In this document: piece after piece, positions 13,004-23,927 of the stretch | Layout of the letters: every line of letters begins with the position of its first letter | How positions within the stretch are numbered: the first letter of the stretch is position 1 | Assembly: GCA_035221665.1 (NCBI GenBank) | Contig: CM069154.1 | Location: forward strand, 6,200,001-6,264,000 | DNA from: Okamejei kenojei | Lineage: Eukaryota | Length of the DNA: 64,000 nucleotides | Direction of reading: 5' to 3' | Program-made: the position numbers and the translations under genes | Notes under the pieces: generated by a model | Told to the model about the DNA's origin: nothing | The model's database searches: none | What the model saw: only the letters and a program-made list of their open reading frames with translations

Positions 13004-13324
13004 AAACCCTGTCTGCTCCTGTGCTTGGATTTCTGTCACCAGCCAATGTCTCCTGTCTTGGGGGCTCAGTGACAGTGTCCTGTGAGTCGGTGCGGGGATC
13101 CCTTCCCATTGGCTACGCCTGGTATGAAAAGACCCCATCTGTGGATTCAAAGATCTCTGACCACTATGCCCTGGATCTACATTGTCAATCATTCAAACAC
13201 CAACACCATCAATATTATTGCACAGCCTCAAATAAATGTGGATCAAAATCCAGTGAAATGGTCAATGTGTCCATCTCCAGCAATGACGGTCCCTGCAGTT
13301 TCCTTGTGAAAATCGACGGCACTG
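13004..13324 (+). CDS. Gene 1 C2-type Ig exon (FCRL-like)
   Basis: tccattcccacag|AA ... ACT G|gtaagt, phase 1/1; ETLSAPVL...VSCESVRGSLPIGYAWY...YYCTASN...PCSFLVKIDGTG. Confidence 0.9.
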
Positions 13325-14599
13325 GTAAGTAGTGGTGGGAATGAGGAGAAGAAGGGGAAGTGGGGATGGGTGGTACATAAGATCACAAGTGTAGAAGCAG
13401 AAATAGACCATTCAATTATGGCTGATCTATCTTCCCCTCTTCGCCCCATTCTGCTGCCTTCTCCCCATAACCCCCGTCACCATGAAATCCATGCACGTTA
13501 TTTAATTAACTTACCAATATTAAAATCATGAAATTATGGCACATTTGTCAATACTTGGTTGTTGGGCTCCAGAAATAGATTTCCCAGTGCTGGTGTAGGC
13601 CAGCTTCCTGACTACAACTACCTCTTATGTTCACACAGCTTTAAACTAGGTTTGCAGTGACATCAGTCCAACCACATTCACTTTCCCACCTACATCTCCA
13701 CATAATCCACACTCAGATATGATAAGGGATCAGAAGTTATCAGTAAATGTTGCCACAGTTATCTTCTAGATGATGGTATCAGATTTGGTCCACTGTGTTA
13801 ATGTTGACCGTTCAGTACCATCGATACTAATCCCATTTACCAGCACCTCGTCCATTGTGGCTATTCAGGTATCTTCTCGGTTTAAAAATATTTCTTGATA
13901 ACCTTGAAACATCCTGCCCCTTTACCTAACCACGTGTTCTCCACTTTTACACACATCTGCCGTGCAATATGTTCCAAAAATACCCTGTCTCTGCTGCTCA
14001 GAGTTTTACACATCTGTAATAGGTTCTCCCTTGCTCACCTGTTCTGCATGGAATTTTATAAACCCTTATACAGCCCCTCCCCATAATTATAATGTTTCAT
14101 CCCAAGCAATACACTAAATGTGAAATTGCACCCTTTTGATTAGTTTATGGATACATCGTGGAAGCAGGCTCTTCGGCCCACTGAGTACGCAACGTCCAGT
14201 AGCCACCAGTACACTAGTTCCATGGGGACAAGTTATAGAAGCCAATTAACCAACAATCTTGCAAGACTTCAGAATGCGGGAAAACTGGAGTGCTTGGAGA
14301 AAACGCACGCAGTCACAGGGAGGAGGTACAAATTCCGTATAGACAGCATCCGTAGTCAGGATCGAACCCATGCCTCTGGCGCTGTAAGCAGCAACTCTAC
14401 CGCTGCGCCACCGTGCTGTCTACACCTGGCACCAGCACGCCTGCTTGTTTTGATAACATCTCCCATTTGCTGCAAATCAAACTGAAGAAGCATCACCCTC
14501 TGTTAAGCCTATCAACTCCTTGCATCGGAAAATCATACTCTCTTGTTCAACTGCAAGTGAAAAGCAGTGAAACTGACTTTCATTTCCTTGTTCCAACAG

Positions 14600-14648
14600 G
14601 TCATGAATATTCTTGTGAACATTCGATAACACCCAATTACTCTGCAAG
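14600..14648 (+). CDS. Gene 1 stalk micro-exon
   Basis: ttccttgttccaacag|GT CAT GAA TAT TCT TGT...GCA AG|gtaaag; 49 nt, phase 1/2; GHEYSCEHSITPNYSA; paralogous copies at 29150 and 58691. Confidence 0.8.
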
Positions 14649-16401
14649 GTAAAGCGCTCTGTTTCCAATGAAAGTTACATTGTACTAATTGCTGGTGTGC
14701 TAATTCGGAATGGTTTAATTGGGAGAAAGTTGTGCCTTCCTTTCACTGGCACATGCGTGAGAGTATTGATCTGAATGCTCAGTGGCACAGCCTGTAGAAT
14801 CACAGCCTCACAGCGCCAAGACATAGGTTCATTAGGTGCTGTACTGCTGTCTATGTGTGGTCTGTAAGTTTTGCCTTCAATTGTGTTGGTTTCATGTAAG
14901 TGCGCCAGTTTCCTCCCAGCTCCCAAAGGCGTGTCAGTTGTAAATTTGGACGGTAGTGGTAGTTGATGAGAAAGTGGGGAAAATAAAAATAGGATTGACA
15001 CAGGAATCGTGTGAATGCAGTTGACTGAACGGCCAAATGACCTGGTGCTATACTGTGTTTCTCTATGGGTCTTTGATCCAAGGAACCCAAATATCAGGAA
15101 GCATAATCAATGTTTGTACATGTTTCAAGCCTGACACAAATATAAATGTATCTCTTAAATATAATTTAGTAATATATATAATTTGCAAACCAGTTATTAG
15201 TTAGCTCATCAGAACTGGGTTTACATCTCATTGTGGTGTGTATATGCTTGGACGACAAGAACAAGTTCCTCCATTTGCTGTTTTTCAGAGAGCACTCCCT
15301 GCGGTATTCACCATGACTTATCCATCACTAACCTCATTCCATGCTGTGAGACGAATATAGTTGTCAAACCCAAGTCTTGCCGTTTACCTTTGCCGAGACT
15401 TGCTCTGGTGTGGTGCTGATAGGAAAATGCATTATGAATTATGGGCTAAGACACCCCCCTTGATATCACTTGTGGCAAAACCTTGCTATTGATGGGATCA
15501 TACACCAAAAATTCGCTGGCGCAGAATGTGAGAAGACAGTCTTGAATCAGACCGAAATCAGCGAACTCAGTTAACTGACCCTCTCTTACATTGAACCTTG
15601 AAACCATTAAAAAAATATTATCCTTGAATATTCCATCACAATATCGTCATGAAAGTGGGAACACTTTGTTATTTATCTTATTACAATTGAAATAGGCCTG
15701 GCTTTCCATCACACTCTTGTGTGATATTTGCGTTAGGAAATAAGAATGTTAATAAAAGGCACGCCGTTATGAGCGAACCTTTAACCAAGCACGATTTCCC
15801 CATCCACACACCTACCGCGTTAATCCAAGTAATAACGAGGGTGTGAGATTAAGTATTATCATGTTTAATTACTTTTGTTAATTGGCCTCACCTGTTTCCA
15901 TATCTATTGCCTCACCTCCCTTCCACCATTAGAATTGATCCGTTTTTATCATTCCTGTCTATCCATATGGATTTTATTATAATCTTCCTAGCAGCTGCAT
16001 TTTCTTTCTTCCATGGTATTACACAGTTCTTTGTATCCTTACACATGCACAGTTTCCCTCTCCCATGACTCCCAGGCGGAAGAAGGTCTCGACCCAAAGC
16101 CTCACGCATTCCTTCTCTCTAGAGATGCTGCCTCTCCTGCTGTGTTTCTCCAAAATTTGTGTCTATCTACTCATTCTCAGTCTTATAGCCGTGCTCCAGC
16201 AATGAGGTTAGTGTTAGTGATGATGTGTTGTCCCTGCCCCCAGTCCAACACCCGTTATTTCTGCAAACTGATCTCCATTGGCTCTGCTGCCTCGCGCTGC
16301 TCCACTTCACCAAGATTATGGAGCAAATAACAGGTAAATGTTTTAAATATAAACCGTCACATTTTCTTCCATTGATTCAGTATCTCTTGCTCTTTGCCCA
16401 G

Positions 16402-16492
16402 TTACATCTCATGGAGAGTGGGGCGCTGGCTGCTCTTTCTCCTGCTTGTGATCTGGAGTATCTCAACCGCGGTGTTCACAAGAGGCTCTAAG
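16402..16492 (+). CDS. Gene 1 transmembrane exon with Arg (activating type)
   Basis: ctctttgcccag|T TAC...AAG|gtaggt; phase 2/0 fits the stalk exon; (S)YISWRVGRWLLFLLLVIWSISTAVFTRGSK. Confidence 0.85.
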
Positions 16493-17111
16493 GTAGGTTT
16501 TATTGTCATCATGGTCATAAATGAGAGGAGCAGAATTAGGCCATTCAGCCCATCATATCTGATCCGCCCCCAATCACGGCTCATCTATTCTTCCCTCTCG
16601 ATCCCATTTCCCTGCCTTCTCCCCATAACCCTTGACATCCTTATTTATCAAGAATATGAAAATCTGCCGCTTAAAAATATCAATCGATTTGGATATATAC
16701 AAAAATGCTGAAGTAACTCAGTGAAACAGGCAGCATCTCCGAGGTGAATTGACTTGGCCTCCACGGCGTCCTGTGGTAATGAAATACATACATTCAGCAC
16801 CCTCTGGCCAAAGCAATCCATTCTCATCGCCGAATGTATCCAAACGGTTTCCATTACTGCTTTCCAAAATCCTGTCCATTGACAGAAACAAAAACCATGC
16901 ACGTTTTCATATCCTGACGTCAAATCAAATCACTATGTAGATGATATCACGAGTTTTTGTCAGATTGTACGTGTGCAGCGTGGATTTCTGTGCCCGGTGT
17001 GGATTCATTGGGGTCTGTCTTCCAGACAGCAATGTGTTGGGAGCGGTCAGGACAAATAAAGTGTGGTTCTCACTATCAGTGAGTCTGATGACTTCATATT
17101 TTCTTTTGCAG

Positions 17112-17159
17112 AGACGTGATGAGTTAGAACCTCGCCACTCGGCCCACGAATTACAATGA
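17112..17159 (+). CDS. Gene 1 terminal coding exon, short cytoplasmic tail without tyrosine
   Basis: ttttcttttgcag|AGA CGT GAT...CAA TGA, phase 0; RRDELEPRHSAHELQ*; paralogue at 31573. Confidence 0.8.
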   Translation, partial: RRDELEPRHSAHELQ

Positions 17160-17543
17160 AGACTCCGAGCTTGCACCATCAGTGAGGGAATTCTGCACCG
17201 CGATGAAATATGTATGCATTATCCTGCTTTGTCAACTCATATCAAATGGACAGAATACATGTCTCTTGCAATTCACTAATGAGTTCATGAAAGTGACTTC
17301 AAAGCAATGTTCCAAACTTTCCAAACCATATCTGTTTCCAAATCTCATTTCCCGCACTGATTTTAATTTTCGTCACATTTTCCAAGGTTTCTTTCTTCAC
17401 CTTCGAACTGTTGTTTTAACCTTTGCATCGTTTCTGTTGCTCCAGCATCTTATACTCTGTTAAACTATATTATATGCGTTCAACTTCCTGGAAAAAAATG
17501 TTTTTCACTGATTAATGAATATTAATGCATCAGAATGCTTCTT

Positions 17544-17549
17544 AATAAA
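17544..17549 (+). terminator. Candidate polyadenylation signal, gene 1
   Basis: AATAAA about 385 nt after the stop, followed by T/G-rich sequence; conserved in the gene 2 3' region (32004-32009). Confidence 0.5.
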
Positions 17550-17619
17550 TTGTTATTGTCGATAAATGGTTTGTCTAATTTGTTTTAAGATGAGAGATTG
17601 TTTTAAGATAGTTTTAAGA

Positions 17620-18950
17620 TGTATAAAAGATGAGATAGCCGCACATTTGGAAAGCAGTAACAAGATCGGTCCGAGTCAGCATGGATTTATGAAGGGGAAA
17701 TCATGCTTGACTAATCCTGTAAATTTTTGAAGATATAACTAGGAAAATGGACAAGGGAGAGCCAGTGGATGTAGTGTACCTGAACTTTCAGAAAGCATTT
17801 GATAAGGTCCCACGTAGGACATTAGTGGGCACAATTAGGGCACATGGTATTGGGGGTAGAGTGCTGACATGGATAGAGAAGTGGTTGGCAGACAGGAAAC
17901 AAAGAGTAGGGATTAATGGGACCCTTTCCGAATGGCAGGCAGTGACTAGTGGGGTACCGCAAGGCTCGGTGCTGGGACCGCAGCTATTTACAAAATACAT
18001 CAATGATTTGGATGAAGGGATTCAAAGTAACATCAGCAAATTTGCAGATGACACAAAACTGGGTGGCAGTGTCAACTGTGAGGAGGATGCTATGAGAAAG
18101 CAGGGTGACTTGGACAGGTTGGGGGAGTGGGCATATGCATGTCAGATGAAGTTTAATGCGGATAAATGTGAGGTTATCCACTTTGGTAGCAAAAACGGGA
18201 AGGCAGAGTACTATCTAAATGGCGTCAAGTTGGCAAAAGGGGAAGTACAACGAGATCTGGGGATCCTTGTACATCAGTCTATGAAACTAATCATGCAGGT
18301 ACAACAGGCAGTGAAGAAAGCGAATGGCATGTTGGCCTTTATAACAAGAGGAATCGAATATAGGAGCAAAGGGGTCCATCTGCAGGTGTACAGAGCCGTA
18401 GTGAGACCACACCTGGAGTATTGTGTGCAGTTTTGGTCCACAAATTTGAGGAAGGATATTCTTGCTATTGAGGGAGTGCAGCGTAGGTTTACAAGGCTAA
18501 TTCCCGGGATGGCGGGACTGTCATATGCTGAGAGAATGGAGCAGCTGGGCTTGTACACTCTGGAGTTTAGAAGGATGAGACGGGATCTCATTGAAACATA
18601 TAAGATTGTTATGGGCTTGGACACGCTAGGGGCAGGAAACATGTTCCCGATGTTGGGGGAGTCCAGAACCAGGGGCCACAGTTTAAGAATAAGGAGCAAG
18701 CCATTTAGAATGGAGACGAGGACACATTTTTTCTCACAGAAAGTGGTGAGTCTGTGGAATTCTCTGCCTCAGAGGGCGGGTTCGCTAGGTGCTTTCAAGC
18801 GAGAGCTAGATAGGACTTAAAAATAGCGGAGTCAGGGGATATGGGGAGAAGTCGGGAACGGGGTACTGATTGGAGATGATCAGCCAAGATCACATTGACT
18901 GGCGGTGCTGGCTCGATGGGCCAAATGGCCTACTCCTGCACCTATTGCCA
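17620..18950 (+). mobile_element. CR1 LINE, 5'-truncated, with a 357 aa intact RT ORF
   Basis: ORF 17747-18820: [29 protein letters not shown]. Confidence 0.92.
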
Positions 18951-20429
18951 ATTGTGTGTGCAGGGTAGTGTTAATGTGCGGGGATTGCTGGTCAGTGTGG
19001 ACTTGGTGGGCGGAATGGCCTGTTTCCTCGCGGTATCTCCAAACTGAACTAAACTAAACTAAACTAGTTGAAAGTTTATTCTTGTGCAGAACAAAATGGT
19101 TGCGTTGCAGCTTGCAAAGCGCGGGGTGTGAAACTGCAAATACATTATGTTGCTTTCCTCAGTCTGACTTGTGACTGTAACCCCGCCCATGAAAGAACAG
19201 TGAAGGATGTTATTTGAAAATAAGAAATGGTGACCTGCAATAACGGAGTAACCACCACAAAGCTCAGAAAGAGTCAAGGATTGCTTTGGTTAAAATGTCC
19301 CACTGACAAATATAAATATTCTCCACACGGTAAGCGGGGAGACGAGGAAATGAGACGAGAGGCTGCTTTGAACTCACAAGCCCCCCAGGTCAGGGATATC
19401 CGATGGGTGCTGAATAGCCAGAGATCTTTGCAGATTCTGTGGTCACACTGATGCTGCCTGACTCTCAAATAGAGCTTGTTAATGATTCAATGGGCAAATG
19501 ATCTTGAATTTGAGCTTTTTCCCGCTGCAAAACATCCCAAAGTGCATCACAGATAGTGAGGGATAAACGGTCTGAGATGACACAGAGAGACACAACATAC
19601 TGCAGCAACTCAGCGGGACAGGCACCCTTGTTATTAGAGGTGGGTACAGGTTTGGAATGTACTTTAATTTAAAATGTTCAAACACTAATTTCTTTCTTTA
19701 CACTGAATTGTTCGGCAGTGCTGACACTTTGCTCGCGCTGCTGATACTAGGGTGTGTAGATTCGTATCTCTGAACCGTGTCTTGCGAGCAGCTCGTACTG
19801 TTTCCTGAGCAATGTTTTGCAGAAGTCATGGGTCAAAGCAGGACGAGGATTAAAATAAATTGGTTTGCAGCATCGCCGGTTCCTCTTTGCAGTGTTTTTG
19901 GGAGGAAAAGGGAAATAGCCAAGAACCAAAAGATCATTTTCTGAGGGTCGCCAACGCTCAGCTAACATCAGTGGCGGGCACATCAGTGTGTTACACCGAC
20001 ACCACGTGATGCACAACATTGCCACAGATGTACACAACCCGAATAAACTGCACTGATCCCCTGAATGTAACACACCCAGAACAATAGCCCGCAGCAGATG
20101 GCAGGTTATATTATCATGCAACCATTTTCGTACATTTAAATTATTCGTAGCAAACTGATGTACAAAGTCAGCAAATGACATGTACAAGAACACAACTCTG
20201 CTAATTTATTAGCTCTGAATTACAATTGGGCAGGCCCATGGATAGGAAAGGTTTGGGGAGATATGGGTCAAGCGTGGGCAATTTTGACTAACTTAGATAA
20301 GCATCTTCGTCTAACGCGTTGGGGAGAAGTGCCTGTTTCCGCACTATATGTCTCCGTTACAATCTGACCCAACCATTTGTTAAATATAACCTGGAACATT
20401 TCACACTGTAACGTGTGGAGCTGCCGCTG

Positions 20430-20480
20430 GCTCACTGTGGTTCACGATCTGACTTCCTGATCCTATCTTCCTCATTGCTA
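20430..20480 (+). promoter_or_regulatory. Candidate myeloid-type proximal promoter of gene 2 (RUNX and ETS/PU.1 motifs)
   Basis: TGTGGTT 20436-20442, ACTTCCTG 20452-20459 and CTTCCTCATT 20467-20476, 75-115 nt before the leader ATG; homologous block at 44900-44950. Confidence 0.4.
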
Positions 20481-20550
20481 TTAGAGAGATGTGTTTGTAT
20501 CTGAGAGCTCAGAGCTGAGCGACAGAGAGACAAGTGCTGGCATTGCCACT

Positions 20551-20599
20551 ATGGATAAAACAATGTGGATTCCCATTCTCCTCATCTCCTCGCTGCGTG
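20551..20599 (+). CDS. Gene 2 leader (signal peptide) exon
   Basis: ATG GAT AAA ACA ATG TGG ATT CCC ATT CTC CTC ATC TCC TCG CTG CGT G|gtgagt = MDKTMWIPILLISSLR, phase 1; the second ATG (20563) is the one conserved in gene 3. Confidence 0.8.
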
Positions 20600-20864
20600 G
20601 TGAGTGATAGCCAGAACTGAATATTCTAATAATCAATGTTAGTTGGGGCCCCGTGTATTCTTTCCACAGCAGAGATGGATACATATGTGTAGACATGTAA
20701 TGGGGGCAATGGAACTCAGTGCATTTTTTTTAAAGAAGGAACTGCAGATGCTGGAGAATCGAGGGTACACAAAAAGCTGGAGAAACTCAGCGGGTGCAGC
20801 AGCATCTAAGGAGCGAAGGAGATAGGCGACGTTTCGGCATATACTCCAAGACAATTGTACCAAT

Positions 20865-21745
20865 AGTCAATAGGTCCAAGAGTAGGCTATTCCGCACTTC
20901 GAGGCAGCACCGCCAATCACTGTGATCATTAATGATCATCCACAAGCAGTACCCCCTTTCTGCTTTCTCCCCATATGCCCCCACTCCGCATTCTTTAAGA
21001 TCTCTATCTCTCTCTTGTGAAAGCATCCAGAGAATTGGCATCCACTGCGCCGCCTAGGATTGTTGAAAGGCAGCTCATAGAAACATAGAAACATAGAAAA
21101 TTGGTGCATGAGGAGGCCATTCGGCCCTTAGAGCCAGCACCACCATTCATTGTGATCATGGCTGATCGTTCCCAATCAATCAATTGTGCCTGCCTTCTTC
21201 CCATATCCCTTGATTCCACTAGGCCCCAGAGCTCTATCTAACTATCTCTTAAATCTATCCAGTCACTTGACCTCCACTGCCCTCTGTGGCAGGGAATTCC
21301 ACAAATTCACAACTCTCTGGGTGAAAAAGTATCTTCTCACCTAAGTATTAAATGGCTTCCACTTTATTCCTAGACTGTGGCCTCTGGCCTCTGGTTCTGG
21401 ACTCGCCCAACATTGGGAACATTTTACCTGCATCTAGCTTGTCCAGTCCTTTTATAATTGTATATGTTTCTATAAGATATCCCCTCATCCTTCTACACTC
21501 CAGTGAATACCAGCCTAGTCTAATCAATCGTTCCTCATATGACAGTCCCGCCATCCCAGGGATCAATCCCGTGAACCTACGCTGCACTGCTGCAATCACA
21601 AGGATATCCTTCCGCAAATTAGGAGACCAAAACTGGACACAATACTCCAGATGTGGTCTCACCAGAGCCCTATACAACTGCAGACGAACCTCTTTACTCC
21701 TTTATTGAAATCCTCTTGTTATGAAGGCCAATATTCCATTAGCTT
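20865..21745 (-). mobile_element. CR1 LINE 3' fragments
   Basis: ORF 21348-21677 LVRPHLEYCVQFW; atagaaacatagaaacatagaa tail. Confidence 0.85.
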
Positions 21746-22769
21746 GAAATGATTTCACAAGAGCAACTTATTTACACAAAGGTTGGCAGGTATATGAAAG
21801 GAACTGCCCCGGAAGTGATTATGGGAGGTACTATCGCAACATTTAAGAAACATTTAGACAGCTACATGAATAGGATAATGTTAGAGGGTTAAGGGCCAAG
21901 CGAGTCAAAGTCAAAAGTCAAAGTATCCTTTATTGGTCAGAACGAAATTTCGTTGCCTTGCAGTCATCCATATAATAAAAAACAAAACACACAATAAGTA
22001 CAAATTTAACATCCACCACAGTGAGTTCAACAGGCACCTCCTCACTGTGATGAAAGGCAAAAGTCTTAAAGTCTTTGTCCCTTCCCTCCTTGTTCTCCCT
22101 CTGCGCTGAGGCGATCCATTTCTCCGATGTTATCATCCACTGGACCCGCGACCGAGCCTCCAAAGTCGGGCCGCTGCTACCGCAGCCGCTGGAACGCCGG
22201 AAGTCCGGAACGCTGCCACAGCTCCGAAGTTGGGCCGCCGCCGCCGGAACGCCGCCAGGGCCCGAGGCCGCCAGCTCCACCATTAGGTCTCAGCGCAGAC
22301 GGAGACGGGGGACAAGACAAGAAAAAGTCGAATCCACCAGAAGGAAGAGACAAAAACCATGCCCCCCCCCCCCCCCCTCCCCTCACACACACACCATTAC
22401 ACAACCTAAGAAACTAAATGTAACTAAAACAGACAAAAGAAAACAACAACAAATGTGGGTCCCTTGAAGGTAGACATGGGTGAAATTATTATGGGCAGCA
22501 AATAAGTGGCAAAAGAGTTGAATAGGCCAGGCAGTGCCGCCACTTCCGGAGTGCAGATGGAACTAGTGTACATTGGGTGTTTTGGTCAGCGTGGGCAAGT
22601 TAGACCAAAGGGCCTGTTTCTAAGCTGTTTGACTTTCTGACTCGATGTAGATGGATGGGTCAGATTCCAACCTGGCGGCTCCAGCTAAGATACAGAGATG
22701 GTGGTTATTGGCGAGTGTTTGATTTTCAGATGTTCACGCAGTGTCTGACTGTTTGCTCCTTTCCCACAG

Positions 22770-23090
22770 AACCCATGTCTGTTCCTGTGCTTGGATTTCT
22801 GTCACCTGCCACTGCCTTCTGTCTCGGGGGCTCAGTGTCAGTGTCCTGTGAGTCGGTCAGGGAATCCCTTCCCATTAGCTACAGCTGGTATGAAAATACC
22901 CCATCTGTGGAATCAAAGATCTCAGACAACAGTGTACTGGATCTACATCGTCAAGCCTTCCAAAACCAGGCCCGTCAATATTATTGCACAGCCTCAAATA
23001 ATAATGGATCAAAATCCAGTGAAATGGTCAATGTGTCCATCTCCAGCAGCGACGTTCCCTGCAGTATCATAGTGAAAATCAACGGCACTG
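22770..23090 (+). CDS. Gene 2 C2-type Ig exon
   Basis: ctttcccacag|AA CCC ATG...ACT G|gtaagt; open frame, paralogous to 13004-13324. Confidence 0.85.
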
Positions 23091-23927
23091 GTAAGTAGTG
23101 GAGAGAACATGGAGAAAAAGGGGAAATGGAGGTGGAGTGGTTCATATGATCACAAGTGAGAGAAGCAGAAATAGACAATTCAATCATGGCCTAGCTATCT
23201 TCCGTTCTTCACCCCATTCTCCTGCCTTCTCTCCAAAGCCCAGACACCATGACATAAATGCACGTTATTTAATTAACTTATCAAGATAAAAATGATGGAA
23301 TTATGGTCCATTTGTCAATATTTGATTGCTGGGCTCCTGAAATGGATTGCCCACTGCTGGTGTGTCAACTTCCTAGCTAGAACTACCTCTAATGTTTACA
23401 AAGCTTTTTATCTAGATTTGCAGTGACATCAGTCCCTTCATCATCTCCACATAATCCACACTCAGATCTGGTAAGGGAATGATATTATAGCAGTAAATGT
23501 GGCCACAGTTATACCCCTTTGACGACGGTATCATATTTGGCTACTGTGTTAAATGTTGACCATGCAGTACCATTGATACTCATCCCATTTACAAACACAT
23601 CGTCCATTCTGGCAATTCAGGTACCTCCACCTTCTAGATTTAAAAATATTCCTTGAAACATCCTGCTCTAAAACTTAACCATATCTTATCCACTTTTTTA
23701 CATATATCTGCCGTGCAGAATGTCCCCAAAAAATACCCTATCTATGCCTGCTCACAATTTTGAACACCTGTAATAGGTTCCTCCCTTCCTCCGCCTGCTC
23801 TGCAGGAATTTTTATTTTGTAGTAAAAACCCCTATCCAGCCCCTCTCCATACAGTGTAAAGTTTCATCTCAAGCAATACTCCTCTCAAATGAAAATTGGA
23901 CACTTTTTGATCAGTTTATGGATACGT

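Noticed and set aside
17747-18820. Longest clean ORF (357 aa) as a host gene
   Set aside because: It is CR1 reverse transcriptase from a 5'-truncated copy.
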